Below, one piece after another: positions 41,979-53,035 of a stretch of 64,000 nt of DNA. The DNA comes from Spirochaetia bacterium (GTDB taxonomy: Bacteria > Spirochaetota > Spirochaetia > SZUA-6 > Bin103). The translations under genes were made by a program, and so were the position numbers. Positions within the stretch are counted from its first letter, which is position 1; each line of letters starts with the position of its first letter. The stretch is from NCBI GenBank assembly GCA_965208065.1, contig OZ242313.1:3678369-3742368 (forward strand), written 5' to 3'. Below the pieces are notes generated by a model. That model saw nothing but the letters and a program-made list of their open reading frames with translations. It had not been told where the DNA came from and made no database searches.

Positions 41979-42084
41979 CGCCCAGCGCTGCCCGGCGCCG
42001 ACGGACAGCGAAATGCCGTCGAGAATGCGCGCCCCGTCGATGATCAGGCCGATTCCGCGCGCCGCTACCGCGTACGCCAGTGGG

Positions 42085-43800
42085 CTATTCTCCGACGGCG
42101 GTGGTGTTCATCGAGCGCAGGAAGGCGTCGTTGTTCTTGCTCAGGCGCATGCGCTCGAGCAGCAGCTCGATCACGCTCACCTCGTCCATGGGACCGATCA
42201 CCTTGCGCAGCACCCACATCTTGGCCAGCTCTTCTGGAGACAGCAGCAGCTCCTCCTTGCGGGTCGCCGACGCGTTGATGTTGACCGCGGGGTACAGGCG
42301 CCGGTCCGCGAGCCGCCGGTCAAGCTTGATCTCCATGTTGCCGGTGCCCTTGAACTCCTCGAAAATAACCTCGTCCATGCGGCTGCCGGTCTCGATCAGG
42401 GCGGTCGCGACAATGGTAAGGCTGCCGCCGTGCTCGACGTTGCGCGCCGCGCCGAAGAACCGCTTCGGCTTGTGTAGCGCGTTGGAGTCGACACCGCCGG
42501 ACAGGATCTTGCCCGAGGTGGGCACGGTCTGGTTGTAGGCGCGCGCCAACCGGGTAATCGAATCGAGCAGAATCACCACGTCCTTGCCGTGTTCCACCAG
42601 CCGCTTGGCCTTCTCGATTACCATCTCCGCCACCTGCACGTGGCGGGTGGCCTGCTCGTCGAACGTGGAGGAAACCACCTCGCCCTGCACGTTGCGCTGC
42701 ATGTCGGTTACTTCCTCGGGCCGCTCGTCGATCAGCAGCACGATCAGGAAGATGCCGGGATCGTTCTCGGTGATGGCGTTGGCGATGCGCTGCATGATTA
42801 CCGTCTTGCCGGCCCGCGGCGGCGACACGATCAGACCGCGCTGGCCCTTGCCGATGGGGCAGAACAGGTTGATCATGCGCGTCGCCGGCTCGCCGTTCTT
42901 GGTCTCCATGTTGATCCGCTCCTGCGGATACAGCGGCGTCAGACTCTCGAACGGGATGCGCGACTGGGCGACCGCCGGCTCGTCGAAGTTGACCGACTCC
43001 ACGCGCAGCAAGGCAAAGAAGCGCTCCTGCTCCTTCGGCGACCTGATCTGTCCCGACACGGTATCGCCGGTCTTCAGGTTGAACAGCCGGATCTGCGACG
43101 GCGAGATGTAGATGTCGTCCGGCCCCGGCAGGTAGCTGTAATTGGGCGAACGCAGAAAGCCGTAGCCGTCGGGCAGAATCTCCAGGGCGCCGTGCGCGTA
43201 GATTACGCCGTTGCGCTCCGTGTGCCGCTTCAGGATGGTGAAGATCAGCTCCTGCTTTTTCATCGACACCATCGATTCCTGGTTGCAGCCCAGTTCCACC
43301 GCCATTTCGCGCAGCGCGGTGATCGGCTTCACCGACAGCTCGTTGATGTGCAGTTTTTCCTCGTCGCCGGTCAGCGGCGCCGGTTCCGGCTGCACCTCGC
43401 TCACCGGTGGGGCACCGCGCGCGCGCGAACGGCCGCGCCGGCGGCCCGATGGCGGTCCGTCGTAGTGATTGCCGTCGACCTCGCGCCGCCCGCGCGAGCG
43501 GTCGGAACGGCCGCGGTCATACTCCGGGCGGTCGGCCCCACCCGGCTTGCCGTTGCCGGGCGAGTCCTTCACCACTTCCACCCGCAGGCGCCGCTTGCGT
43601 CCGCGCCGCGCCGGCCGTTCGCCGTTGTTTACTTCGCTGCGCCGCGGCGGCGGCGCGTCGTATTCTTCGGGCGCCACTGCCGGCTCGGACCTGGGGGCCG
43701 CCGGTTGGGCAGCTACGGCGCCTTGGGAAGCGTCTTGCTGACTATCCACGCTGGAAGTCGAAACTTGGTCATCTGACATTGCGAGAACTCCGTGTGCCAT
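42085..43800 (-). CDS. rho: transcription termination factor Rho with a ~130-aa R/G/P-rich N-terminal extension
   Basis: Canonical Rho core from '[22 protein letters not shown]' through '[20 protein letters not shown]'; 571 aa. Confidence 0.9.
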   Translation of the reverse strand: MAHGVLAMSDDQVSTSSVDSQQDASQGAVAAQPAAPRSEPAVAPEEYDAPPPRRSEVNNGERPARRGRKRRLRVEVVKDSPGNGKPGGADRPEYDRGRSDRSRGRREVDGNHYDGPPSGRRRGRSRARGAPPVSEVQPEPAPLTGDEEKLHINELSVKPITALREMAVELGCNQESMVSMKKQELIFTILKRHTERNGVIYAHGALEILPDGYGFLRSPNYSYLPGPDDIYISPSQIRLFNLKTGDTVSGQIRSPKEQERFFALLRVESVNFDEPAVAQSRIPFESLTPLYPQERINMETKNGEPATRMINLFCPIGKGQRGLIVSPPRAGKTVIMQRIANAITENDPGIFLIVLLIDERPEEVTDMQRNVQGEVVSSTFDEQATRHVQVAEMVIEKAKRLVEHGKDVVILLDSITRLARAYNQTVPTSGKILSGGVDSNALHKPKRFFGAARNVEHGGSLTIVATALIETGSRMDEVIFEEFKGTGNMEIKLDRRLADRRLYPAVNINASATRKEELLLSPEELAKMWVLRKVIGPMDEVSVIELLLERMRLSKNNDAFLRSMNTTAVGE

Positions 43801-44062
43801 AGATGCACGTCGTACGAAACGCAGACGATGGTAATTCCGTCGCTACGTCGTTTCTCGATTGAAGAGAGATTCGCTCAATAGAGCGTGCCGGGCTCTTGCG
43901 CTTGTGCACGAGTATTTCCTCGGAAAAAGGGACACCGAAATATGAGCGGTGGGCCCCGCGAGCACCCGGTAGTGTCCTAACCTTAATCCCACCGCCGGGC
44001 AAAGGTCAATGGGTACGCGAAATGAGTTTCCGCGCACGCCGCCGGGCGCGCGGGGACACCGG

Positions 44063-44815
44063 TCACCGGTCGGCGTCGGGCGCCACCTCGTGGCCGCTCA
44101 GCCGGTCGTGAATCAGCGCCTGAAGCTGCTCCAGGCTGAGGTCTCCCTCTTTCAGGCGATCGCCCTCGCCGCGCACCGCGGAGATCTGCTCCTCCAGTTC
44201 GTTCAGCGTGGTGAGCACGTCGCGCGCCTGCTCGGCCGCGGTGGCGGCAAACGCACGCAGTGCGTCGGCATCGCCGCTCTCTTCGCGCAACAGGGCGGCG
44301 GCACGCTCGGCCTGGTCCTCAAGCGGCCGCCGGACATGCTGAGAAAAGAAGATCAGCGACTCGTTGAGCGCCTCGATAATCCCCAGCCGATGCTCGCGGC
44401 GCGCCAGCTGGCCGGCAAGTTCATGCCGGTGCAGCACGGCGCGGATGCGCGCCAGCACCTCGGAGAAGTTGAACGGCTTGGTGATGTAGTCGTCCACGCC
44501 CAGTTCGAGCCCCTCGATACGATCGGCGATCTCGTCCATGGCGCTGAACATGATGATCGGCACCTGGCGGTAGGCGGCGTACTCCGGCGCGTTCTTGATG
44601 CGCCGGGTTACCTCCCAGCCGGTGAGGCCCGGCATGATGTTGTCCAGCACGATGAGATCCGGCTTTACCTCGGGCAGCCGTGCGAGCGCCTGTTCGCCGT
44701 CGCGCGCCATCTCGACTTCGAAACCGAGCCGCGACAGCATCACCTCGAACAGTTCAAGATTGATTACCTCGTCATCGACGATGAGGATGCGGGAAGTGGA
44801 TGTATTGTTTGACAT
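44063..44815 (-). CDS. response regulator: receiver domain plus a C-terminal coiled-coil region, no recognisable DNA-binding domain
   Basis: 'ILIVDDE...DLIVLDNIMPGLTGWEV...KPF' REC motifs. Confidence 0.75.
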   Translation of the reverse strand: MSNNTSTSRILIVDDEVINLELFEVMLSRLGFEVEMARDGEQALARLPEVKPDLIVLDNIMPGLTGWEVTRRIKNAPEYAAYRQVPIIMFSAMDEIADRIEGLELGVDDYITKPFNFSEVLARIRAVLHRHELAGQLARREHRLGIIEALNESLIFFSQHVRRPLEDQAERAAALLREESGDADALRAFAATAAEQARDVLTTLNELEEQISAVRGEGDRLKEGDLSLEQLQALIHDRLSGHEVAPDADR

Positions 44816-44859
44816 GATTGGAGATTGGCGGCGCTTGCCGCGTCCGGTCGCCGATCCTC

Positions 44860-46677
44860 TTATATTGCGGGACGGCTGTCAACGGCGGCGCCGCGCGCGT
44901 TGCGCGTGTTGCGCGCCGCGCGCGGCGCGGCCAACCGTACCGCCAGCCCGGCCAGCAGGGCCGCCAGTCCGGCGCACAGTGCGGCCACGCCGAACCAGTC
45001 GCCCCAGCGCGTGTACACGGTTGCCGGCCCGTCCACCACCGGCACGGTTCCGATCAGGTAGTCTGCGGTAAACGGCTCCAGGACGCTGGTTATCCGCCCG
45101 TCCGGATCGATGGTCACCGTCATCCCGCCATTGGTCGAGCGCACCACGGAGCGGCGGTTTTCGACGGCGCGGAATACACCCATCATCATGTGCTGCATCT
45201 CCGCGGGCACCGAGAACGACCACGAGTCGTTGGTCATGTTGACCAGCACCTGCGCTCCGTGGCGGACGAATTCGCGCCCCAGGTAGCCGAACGTGTCCTC
45301 GAAACAGATCGGCGTGGAGAAGCGCACCCCCGGCGCGCCGTCGACGCCGGAATCAAACACCACGTACTCGGTGCCCTGCTTCCAGAAGTGGGTATCGGCA
45401 TCCTTCAGCCACTGGTAGATACCCGGCAACTGCTCCTTGAACGGAAAGCTCTCGGTAAACGGCACCAGCCGGATCTTGCGGTAGGTCTGGACGATCTCCC
45501 CCTTCTTGAACAGGATCGCCGCGTTGTAGTCCACCCGCACCTCACCCTCGTCGGTGCGCTCCAGTTGCCCGTCGTCATTGCCCACCACGAACGGCACGGT
45601 CTGCCGGTCGAGGTAGGTGCGCAGCTCCTTGACGAGCCCGAAGCGCTTGGCGTCACGGCGGTGGCGGGTGTGCCAGTCGATGCCGGGCACGAACGAGGTC
45701 TCCGACCAGATCACGATGTCGGGATCTTCACGCAGCGCGGCGTCGCTAAGGCGCAACAGGACGTCCAGCGACTTCTCGTAGGCGTAGAACCCGCCGCGCC
45801 ACGGATCGATATTCTGCTGAATCAGCGCCACCCGCCACTGCCGGTCGGCCTGGTAGTCGTCGCGCGCGGCGGCTCCGTACCCTATGTTGGCGGCCATCAG
45901 CACCGCCCAGCACAGGAGGGGAATGCGCTGCTCGCGCCAGAACCGCGCCAGCGTGGGCCGCCGCCAGGGAGCCGCACGCATCTCGATCGCATGCGCCAGC
46001 AGGCGGGCAATCAGCGCCGAGGCGCCAACCACCAGCAGCGAGACCCCCCACACGCCGGTGACGCCGGCAAGCTGGATGAAGTCGACCCACCGGTACTGGG
46101 TGTAGCCCATGGTGCCGTAGCTGTAGCCCAGGAAGCCGAGGCTCTTGACCAGTTCATAGCCGACCCAGAGCAGCACCTGGACCAGGTAGCCGTAACGCGG
46201 GAACAGGTAATCGGCCAGCTTCAGGAGCGGGAACAGGACTACCAGGTAGCCCATGTAGACCACCGGCACGATGATGATCGCGAGCGGATGGAAGGTGGCC
46301 AGCCAGTAATTGTACAGCGCGTAGCTTACGTAGCCGTACAAGGCGCCATACAGCACCACCTGCAGCCAGCCGGCGCGGCGCAACACCAGGAACAGCGGCG
46401 CGATGGCAATGAAGGCCAGCGGCCCGAAACCCCACTCGGACGCCAGGCTCGGGTGGGCGAGCGCGAACAGCAGCGCCGACAACAACAGCAGGCCCACCTC
46501 TCCCGCGGTGGTGCGCAACAGCCGCGCCAACGCGGCCGCAAAACCGGCTGCCGAGCCGGATGCCGGAGCGGATGCAGGTGCGGGGTTGGACGACACGGAA
46601 GTCATTGCGAGGATGAGGGAGCGAATATCGGACGACTGAAGTGCGCGTCGGGCATGGCCGGCGGCAGAAACCGGCAC
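44860..46677 (-). CDS. apolipoprotein N-acyltransferase paralog (Lnt-like)
   Basis: Eight-TM N-terminal domain plus CN-hydrolase with 'STPICFEDTFGY'. Confidence 0.7.
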   Translation of the reverse strand: MPVSAAGHARRALQSSDIRSLILAMTSVSSNPAPASAPASGSAAGFAAALARLLRTTAGEVGLLLLSALLFALAHPSLASEWGFGPLAFIAIAPLFLVLRRAGWLQVVLYGALYGYVSYALYNYWLATFHPLAIIIVPVVYMGYLVVLFPLLKLADYLFPRYGYLVQVLLWVGYELVKSLGFLGYSYGTMGYTQYRWVDFIQLAGVTGVWGVSLLVVGASALIARLLAHAIEMRAAPWRRPTLARFWREQRIPLLCWAVLMAANIGYGAAARDDYQADRQWRVALIQQNIDPWRGGFYAYEKSLDVLLRLSDAALREDPDIVIWSETSFVPGIDWHTRHRRDAKRFGLVKELRTYLDRQTVPFVVGNDDGQLERTDEGEVRVDYNAAILFKKGEIVQTYRKIRLVPFTESFPFKEQLPGIYQWLKDADTHFWKQGTEYVVFDSGVDGAPGVRFSTPICFEDTFGYLGREFVRHGAQVLVNMTNDSWSFSVPAEMQHMMMGVFRAVENRRSVVRSTNGGMTVTIDPDGRITSVLEPFTADYLIGTVPVVDGPATVYTRWGDWFGVAALCAGLAALLAGLAVRLAAPRAARNTRNARGAAVDSRPAI

Positions 46678-46695
46678 CGCGTTACCGGACGCGGT

Positions 46696-46998
46696 TTACT
46701 CGCGGATCTGCCACGCTCGCTTCTTGAGCTCCTGACCCGGACGGAAGGCAACCACTCCGTGGTCCCCCACTTCGACCGCTGCTCCGGTTTTCGGATTGCG
46801 CGCCTTGCGTCCCTTGCGGACGCGAATCTCGAATGTCCCAAACCCGCGTAGCTCAATGGTCTGCCGGTCGAACAACCCGGCTTTCACCGCATCGAAGAAC
46901 AGCCCGAGCACCTGGTGGATGTGCTTCTTGCTGATATCTACCTCAGGATGGATCATCTCAATGATCTCGGCTTTTGTCAGCTTGCCGTCCCGTCCCAC
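46696..46998 (-). CDS. HU/IHF-family DNA-binding protein
   Basis: 'RGFGTFEIRVRKGRKARNPKTGAAVEV' beta-arm motif; 100 aa. Confidence 0.8.
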   Translation of the reverse strand: MGRDGKLTKAEIIEMIHPEVDISKKHIHQVLGLFFDAVKAGLFDRQTIELRGFGTFEIRVRKGRKARNPKTGAAVEVGDHGVVAFRPGQELKKRAWQIRE

Positions 46999-47043
46999 TC
47001 AGCTCTCCACAAACCGCACGAGTACGCGCACCCCGGCCCGCTC

Positions 47044-47307
47044 TCAGGAGGCGAGCTTGCCGGCGACCAGCCGCTGCAAACGGCGCTTGCGCCGCGCCGC
47101 GGTGTTGCGCTTCAAGACGCCCTTCGAGACGGCGCGATCCAACTGCCGGGTAACCGCGGTCATCTGCTCCGCGGTTGCGCTCTCGTCGCCGACCGCTTCG
47201 CGCAGGGTCCGGATGGTCGTACGCACACGACTGAGCGCAGCGCGATTGCGCAGCCGCCGCTTCTGGTTCTGCCGCTGCCGCTTGGCCGCGGATAGGTTGC
47301 TTGGCAA
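47044..47307 (-). CDS. rpsT: 30S ribosomal protein S20
   Basis: 'SAAKRQRQNQKRRLRNRAALSRVRTTIRT'; 87 aa. Confidence 0.85.
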   Translation of the reverse strand: MPSNLSAAKRQRQNQKRRLRNRAALSRVRTTIRTLREAVGDESATAEQMTAVTRQLDRAVSKGVLKRNTAARRKRRLQRLVAGKLAS

Positions 47308-47409
47308 CAGTGCCTCCTCAGGGTCCGCCGACAGCGCAGGTGCTACGCGGTCAGTCCGCCGCCTAAACTACTGTACACGCGGGCCATAGTCAATCCACCG
47401 GCGGTCCGG

Positions 47410-48663
47410 TTATTGCACCAGGAACCGAAAGAAGCGCTTCTTTCCCGCACGCAGCACCAGCTCACCGCCGCGCACGTCGCCGAGTCCTATCGTCTCCTCA
47501 ACGCGGGTAAGCCTGGTGTCGTTGATGCGCGCCCCGCCCTGCTGAATGAGCCGCCGGGCGTCGCTCTTGGACGCACAGAGCGAGGTGCGCGCAAACAAGT
47601 CGGCCACGGGAATTCCGGGCTCCAACTCGGCCGCGGGCAGCGTCGCCCCCGGCATGGAATCACGCTCACCGTGCCGGTCGCCCCGGCCACCGAATAGCGC
47701 CCGGCTGGTCTCCCGCGCGCCGGCCGCCTCCTCGGGGCCGTGCACCATGCCGGTGAGCTCCATTGCCAGCCGTTCCTTGGCGGCCATGATCTCCTGGTCG
47801 CGCAGGCGGCCCAACTCCGCAACCTCCTCGTCGGGCAGCAGGGTGAGCAGGGCGAGCAGCGCCGCCACGTCGGCGTCCGGCACGTTGATCCAGTACTGGT
47901 AGAACTGGTATGGCGACACCCGCTCCGGATCGAGGAACAGCGCGCCGGCCGCGGTCTTGCCCATCTTCTTGCCGTCGGCGGTGGTCACCAGCGGCCAGGT
48001 CAGCGCGTGCGCCTCCGCCTGCTCCACCCGCCGGATCAGGTCGACGCCGGCCAGAATGTTGGCCCACTGGTCGTCGCCGCCAATCTGCAACAGGCAGCCG
48101 TGCTCACGGTGCAGCACCAGGTAGTCGTACGCCTGCAGCAGGAGATAGTTGAACTCCAGGAAACTCAGGCCGGTCTGCAGCCGCCGCCGGTAGGCCTCGA
48201 AACTGAGCATCCGGTTCACCGAGAAGTGGCGCCCGATGTCACGCAGAAAGTCCAGGTAGCCGAGATCCGCGAGCCAGGCGGCGTTGTCGACGATCACGGT
48301 ACGCTCCAGGTCAATGAAGCGGCCCACCTGCCGCTGCATCAGCGCGGCATTGCGGGACACCGTCTCCACCGGCAGCAGCGGCCGCATGTCGTCCTTGTCC
48401 GACGGGTCGCCCACCCGCGCCGTGGCGCCGCCGATCAGCAGCACCGGCCGGTGGCCGGCCCTCTGCAGATGCGCCATCGCGAGCAGGCCGACCAGGTGGC
48501 CGGCGTGCAGGCTCGGACCGGTCGGATCAATGCCCAGGTAGAATGTGACCTCGCGCTCGCCGAGCAGCCGGCCCAGCGCCTCCGCACCGGTGGTCTGCTT
48601 CACCAGCCCGCGCCGCGCCAGTGCCGCGACCGTATCCGTGCCAACCCCCGCGGACGAACTCAT
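47410..48663 (-). CDS. tyrS: tyrosyl-tRNA synthetase
   Basis: HIGH-class motif 'SLHAGHL', 'KMGKT' (KMSKS), C-terminal S4-like domain; 417 aa. Confidence 0.85.
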   Translation of the reverse strand: MSSSAGVGTDTVAALARRGLVKQTTGAEALGRLLGEREVTFYLGIDPTGPSLHAGHLVGLLAMAHLQRAGHRPVLLIGGATARVGDPSDKDDMRPLLPVETVSRNAALMQRQVGRFIDLERTVIVDNAAWLADLGYLDFLRDIGRHFSVNRMLSFEAYRRRLQTGLSFLEFNYLLLQAYDYLVLHREHGCLLQIGGDDQWANILAGVDLIRRVEQAEAHALTWPLVTTADGKKMGKTAAGALFLDPERVSPYQFYQYWINVPDADVAALLALLTLLPDEEVAELGRLRDQEIMAAKERLAMELTGMVHGPEEAAGARETSRALFGGRGDRHGERDSMPGATLPAAELEPGIPVADLFARTSLCASKSDARRLIQQGGARINDTRLTRVEETIGLGDVRGGELVLRAGKKRFFRFLVQ

Positions 48664-49979
48664 CAGCCGGCCCCGGGCCGCCGGTAGCCGCGTGTGGCCT
48701 CGTGCAGGCGGGCAACCAGTTCCCGCCGCCCTACCCGCTCCTGCTCCATGCTGTCGCGGAACCGCAGCGTCACCGTGTCATCCGCCATGGTGTCGTAGTC
48801 GATGGTGACGCAGTACGGGGTGCCGATCTCGTCCTGGCGCCGGTAACGGCGCCCGATCGCCCCGCCCTGGTCGTAGAACGTGGCAAACGACTCGCGCAGC
48901 TCGGCCTCGATCTCGCGCGCGCGTTCGGCGAGTCCATCCTTCTTTACCAGCGGGAACACGCCGACCGTGATCGGCGCCACGCGCGGATGGAAGCGCAGCA
49001 CGACGCGGCGCTCGCCGCCGACCTGTTCCTCTTCGTAGCCGTCCACCAGCGCCATCAGCACCGACCGGGTCAGTCCCACGGCGGTTTCGATGATAAACGG
49101 CACGTAGCGCTCGCGGGTGGATTCGTCCAGGTAGGTCAGGTCCTTGCCGGCGAACTCCATGTGCCGCTTGAGGTCGAAATCGGTGCGATTGTGAATTCCC
49201 TCCAACTCCTGCCAGCCGAACGGAAACCGGTACTGGATGTCGTACGCATCGCGCGCGTAGTGCGCCAGCTCGTCCGGCCCGTGCTGGTGAAAGCGCAGGT
49301 TTTCCGGATCGATGCCCAGGTCGAGGTAATACTGGAAGCGGCGCTCCTTCCAGTGCTCGAACCACTTCGTGTCGTCGCTCGGGTGCACGAAGTACTGCAT
49401 CTCCATCTGCTCGAACTCGCAGGTACGGAAGATGAAGCTCTTGGTGGTAATCTCGTTGCGGAACGCCTTGCCCACCTGCGCAATGCCGAACGGCACCTTG
49501 AGCCGGCTCGACTGCAGTACATTCTTGAAGTTGACGTAGCTGCCCTGCGCGGTCTCCGGGCGCAGGTAGACCACGCTGCCGGCGTCCTGCACCGGACCGA
49601 GGTGGGTGCGGAACATCAGGTTGAACTGGCGCGCCGGGGTCAGCTCCGTCTTGCCGCATTGCGGGCACTTGCCGTTGGGATCGTCGACGTGGTCGGCGCG
49701 AAAGCGCGCCTTGCAGGAACGGCAGTCGATCAGCGGATCGGTGAAGTTCTCCACGTGACCGGACGCTTCCCACACCCGCGGGTGCATCAGGATGGCGGCG
49801 TCGATACCCACAATGTTGTCGTGCAACTGGGTCATCTCGCGCCACCAGGCGTCGCGCAGCCGGTTCTTGAGGGCGGCGCCGAGCGGTCCGTAGTCCCACG
49901 CCGAGGCGAGCCCGCCGTACACGTCGCTGGACGGATAAATGAAGCCGCGCCGCTTGCACAGCGCCACGATCGTGTCCAT
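48663..49979 (-). CDS. glyQS: glycyl-tRNA synthetase (dimeric class II)
   Basis: 'MDTIVALCKRRGFIYPSSDVYGG' N-terminus; start assigned to Met32 of ORF 48663..50072. Confidence 0.85.
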   Translation of the reverse strand: MDTIVALCKRRGFIYPSSDVYGGLASAWDYGPLGAALKNRLRDAWWREMTQLHDNIVGIDAAILMHPRVWEASGHVENFTDPLIDCRSCKARFRADHVDDPNGKCPQCGKTELTPARQFNLMFRTHLGPVQDAGSVVYLRPETAQGSYVNFKNVLQSSRLKVPFGIAQVGKAFRNEITTKSFIFRTCEFEQMEMQYFVHPSDDTKWFEHWKERRFQYYLDLGIDPENLRFHQHGPDELAHYARDAYDIQYRFPFGWQELEGIHNRTDFDLKRHMEFAGKDLTYLDESTRERYVPFIIETAVGLTRSVLMALVDGYEEEQVGGERRVVLRFHPRVAPITVGVFPLVKKDGLAERAREIEAELRESFATFYDQGGAIGRRYRRQDEIGTPYCVTIDYDTMADDTVTLRFRDSMEQERVGRRELVARLHEATRGYRRPGAG

Positions 49980-50016
49980 GGACACCGCGGTCACGGGCAC
50001 GTCGGTGGCCGCCACG

Positions 50017-51477
50017 TCAGGCTTCCTCCGCGGCCGCTTGCAGGGTGTGCAGCGCACGCGCCAGGCGGGCATGCAGGCGCTGCTCGCCGAGCACGCGCAA
50101 CGAACCGAACAGGGGCGGCGACACCTTGCTGCCGGTGGTTGCCATTCGAATGGTCATCATCAGGTCTCCAAACTTCACGCCTTGGGCACGCGCCAACTCG
50201 CGCAACCGGTCCTCCAGCGCGTGCTCGCCGGCCGCGGCGGGGAGTTGCTCCAGCAACGGCGACGCCTGCTGCAATATGGTGGCCGCCGCCGCCGCCGTCA
50301 AACGCCGCGGCACCAGCTCCGCCGCCGGCAGGTCGCGATCGGGGCCCAGGAACGCCGCCCGCGCGGGCGCTTCGTCCAGGACCGAGATGCGTTCGCGCAA
50401 CAGCTCGGCGAGCGCCGTCTCGGCGGCGCCCTCGGCCACGTCGATCCCGGCTTCGCGCAGATAGGGGCGCAGCGCGGCGGCAAGGCGTGCCGGCGGCAGC
50501 GCGCGAATGTAATGGCCGTTGAACCACTCCAGCTTCTGGTGATCGAACACCGCCCCGGCGCGGCCCAGGCGGTCGATGCCGAAGCAGCGCTCCAGCTCGG
50601 CGAGCGTGAAAAACTCGCGGTCGTCGCCGGCCGACCAGCCGAGCAGGGCCAGGTAGTTGACCAGCGCCTCCGGCAGGATGCCGCGGCGGCGGAATTCGTA
50701 CACGGCGGTGGCGCCGTGCCGCTTGCCGAGCTTCTTGCCGTCCGGCCCGTTCACCGCCGGCAGGTGGGCGTAGCGCGGCGGCTGCCAGCCGCACGCCGCG
50801 AAGATGAGCAGGTGCAGCGGTGCCGAAGACACCCACTCCTGCGCCCGCAGCACGTGGCTGATCGCCATGTCGTGGTCGTCGGCGATTGCCGCCAGGTGGT
50901 AGGTCGGGAAGCCGTCCGATTTGAGCAGCACCGGGTCGGGGTTGATGTCGCTATTGCGGCGCTCAATGGAGCCGAGCAGCAGGTCGTCGTAGCGCGTGCT
51001 GCCCTCCAGCGGCACCCGGAAGCGAATTACCGGCGCCGCACCGCCTTCCTCGTGCCGGCTGCGCTGCTCCGGAGTGAGGTTGCGGCACCGGCGGTCGTAG
51101 CCATTGTGGGTGGCCCGTACCCGTTCCAGCCGGGCGGCGTCGCAGTAGCAGCGGTAGGCGTGGCCGGACGCGACCAGCCGCTCGGCCACGGCGCGATGGC
51201 CGGCCACGCGCTCCGACTGGATGTAGGGCGCGTACGGGCCGCCGGCCCCGGGCCCTTCGTCCCAGCGCAGCCCGAGCCAACTAAGATTGTCGTAGATATC
51301 GGCCAGCGCATCCGGATCGTAGCGGCGCCGGTCGGTGTCCTCGATGCGCAGGACGAAGGTGCCGCCCGCGGCGCGGGCAGCCAAATACGCGAACAGCGCG
51401 GAACGGACGTTGCCGACGTGCAGCCGTCCGGTCGGTGAAGGAGCGAAGCGAACCCGCGGGGCCATATTGGCCGCCAA
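50017..51477 (-). CDS. gltX: glutamyl-tRNA synthetase
   Basis: 'RFAPSPTGRLHVGNVRSALF' (HIGH-type) and 'KLGKRHG' (KMSKS-type). Confidence 0.85.
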   Translation of the reverse strand: MAANMAPRVRFAPSPTGRLHVGNVRSALFAYLAARAAGGTFVLRIEDTDRRRYDPDALADIYDNLSWLGLRWDEGPGAGGPYAPYIQSERVAGHRAVAERLVASGHAYRCYCDAARLERVRATHNGYDRRCRNLTPEQRSRHEEGGAAPVIRFRVPLEGSTRYDDLLLGSIERRNSDINPDPVLLKSDGFPTYHLAAIADDHDMAISHVLRAQEWVSSAPLHLLIFAACGWQPPRYAHLPAVNGPDGKKLGKRHGATAVYEFRRRGILPEALVNYLALLGWSAGDDREFFTLAELERCFGIDRLGRAGAVFDHQKLEWFNGHYIRALPPARLAAALRPYLREAGIDVAEGAAETALAELLRERISVLDEAPARAAFLGPDRDLPAAELVPRRLTAAAAATILQQASPLLEQLPAAAGEHALEDRLRELARAQGVKFGDLMMTIRMATTGSKVSPPLFGSLRVLGEQRLHARLARALHTLQAAAEEA

Positions 51478-51576
51478 AGGTAGCCGCCCGTCCGGCGCCG
51501 GTCAACGGCTCCCGGTGCGTCGCGGTGCCGCGGCGGCCTTGTTCGGCGGGCGCCGTGATTGCTAAGATAGGGACCC

Positions 51577-52170
51577 ATGCTGGAAGTATCCCCGACCAAG
51601 TACGGCCATGGCGCGGCCGCTCTGCCGGCCGGCACCCGGGTCATCGCCGACATCGCGGCCGTGCTCGGCGGATCGCTGTTGATCGCGCTGTGCGCCCAGT
51701 TACGCATTCCGCTGCCCTTTACGCCGGTTCCCATCACCGGCCAGACCTTCGCCGTGCTGCTGCTGCCGGCGCTGCTCGGCGGGTGGCGCGGCCCCGCCGC
51801 GGTGGCGGCCTACCTGCTGCAGGGCGCACTCGGGCTGCCGTTTTTCGCCGGCGGCACCGCCGGCTGGGCGATGCTGGCCGGGCCCACCGGCGGCTACCTG
51901 GTGGGCTTCTTCGCCGCCGCCGCGCTGATACCGCTCATACTCGGACGCGGCGCGGCCAGCCCGGCACGCATCGTCGCCGCCCTGCTGGCCGGCAACGTGG
52001 CAATCTATCTGTTTGGCGTGCCGTGGCTGGACCGGTTTGTGGACGGACAACTGGTCACCGCGATCGAACTCGGGCTGACCCCGTTTCTGATCGGCGACGC
52101 CATCAAGCTGCTGGCCGCGTCCGCGCTGGCGGTGGCGGCCGGCAGCACCCAGCGCTTGCCGCAGCGCTGA
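51577..52170 (+). CDS. bioY: BioY-family biotin transporter S component
   Basis: 'PITGQTFAVLL' and multi-TM 'GGYLVGF' BioY motifs. Confidence 0.75.
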   Translation: MLEVSPTKYGHGAAALPAGTRVIADIAAVLGGSLLIALCAQLRIPLPFTPVPITGQTFAVLLLPALLGGWRGPAAVAAYLLQGALGLPFFAGGTAGWAMLAGPTGGYLVGFFAAAALIPLILGRGAASPARIVAALLAGNVAIYLFGVPWLDRFVDGQLVTAIELGLTPFLIGDAIKLLAASALAVAAGSTQRLPQR

Positions 52171-52193
52171 CCGGCACCGACCGCCAGCCGTCA

Positions 52194-52994
52194 ATGCAGG
52201 CCGTGACCATGCGTCCGCTTGGCGGCGCCGCCATGGCGCTGCCGGTAACCGCACACCGCACCGCCATTATCTCGTTGCGGGCGGCGGGCGACATGCGCCG
52301 GCCGGCGCCGCTGCGCCGCCTGCTCGGAGCGTCCGGACTGGCCCCCTCGCAAGTGTGCCGCGTGGCACAGACCCACTCGCAGCGCGTGGTTGCCGAGCAC
52401 GCGTGCCGGCGCCTGGCGCCGCCCGGACGGCACGCCCGACCGTCGCTCGGCGAACGCTGGGCCACCCACACCGCGGACGGGCTGGCAGCGGGGCCGGACA
52501 GCGCGGCAGCCGGTGTGGCGCTGATGGTCACGGCCGCCGACTGCGTGCCGATTCTGATCGCGGCGCCCGGCGGCGCCTACGCCCTGTTGCACTCCGGCTG
52601 GCGCGGCACCGGCATCGCGGCGGCCGCGGTGCGCCATCTGCGGGAACGGTACGGCGCCGATCCGGCCTCGCTCACGGTGGTGCTCGGCCCCGCCATCGGT
52701 CCGTGCTGCTACACGGTCGACGAGGAGCGCTACCGGCTGTTCCGCGACCGCTACGGCAGCGGCGCCGTGCGCACCGGCGCGGCGCAGGCGCGCTTTCTTG
52801 ACCTGCACGCGGCCAACGCCGTGCTACTGCGCCGCCTCGGGGTGCGCGACATTAGCGCCGTTCCCACCTGCACCTCGTGCGACTCCCGGCTGCACTCGTC
52901 GCGGCGCGACCGCGGCGGCCTCATGTGCGCGCTGATGGCGGTGCTGTTGCTGCCGTACGCGCCGCGCGGCGCCGCGGCCCGCACCGCCCCGTAG
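52194..52994 (+). CDS. pgeF: YfiH/PgeF-family protein (laccase-domain purine nucleoside enzyme / peptidoglycan editing factor)
   Basis: 'VAQTHS', 'DCVPIL', 'HSGWRG', '[14 protein letters not shown]' family motifs; 3' part of ORF 51435..52994. Confidence 0.75.
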   Translation: MQAVTMRPLGGAAMALPVTAHRTAIISLRAAGDMRRPAPLRRLLGASGLAPSQVCRVAQTHSQRVVAEHACRRLAPPGRHARPSLGERWATHTADGLAAGPDSAAAGVALMVTAADCVPILIAAPGGAYALLHSGWRGTGIAAAAVRHLRERYGADPASLTVVLGPAIGPCCYTVDEERYRLFRDRYGSGAVRTGAAQARFLDLHAANAVLLRRLGVRDISAVPTCTSCDSRLHSSRRDRGGLMCALMAVLLLPYAPRGAAARTAP

Positions 52995-53035
52995 CGAAGG
53001 AATACGCGAGCCGCTATAGTCACCGGCGGTCCGCC

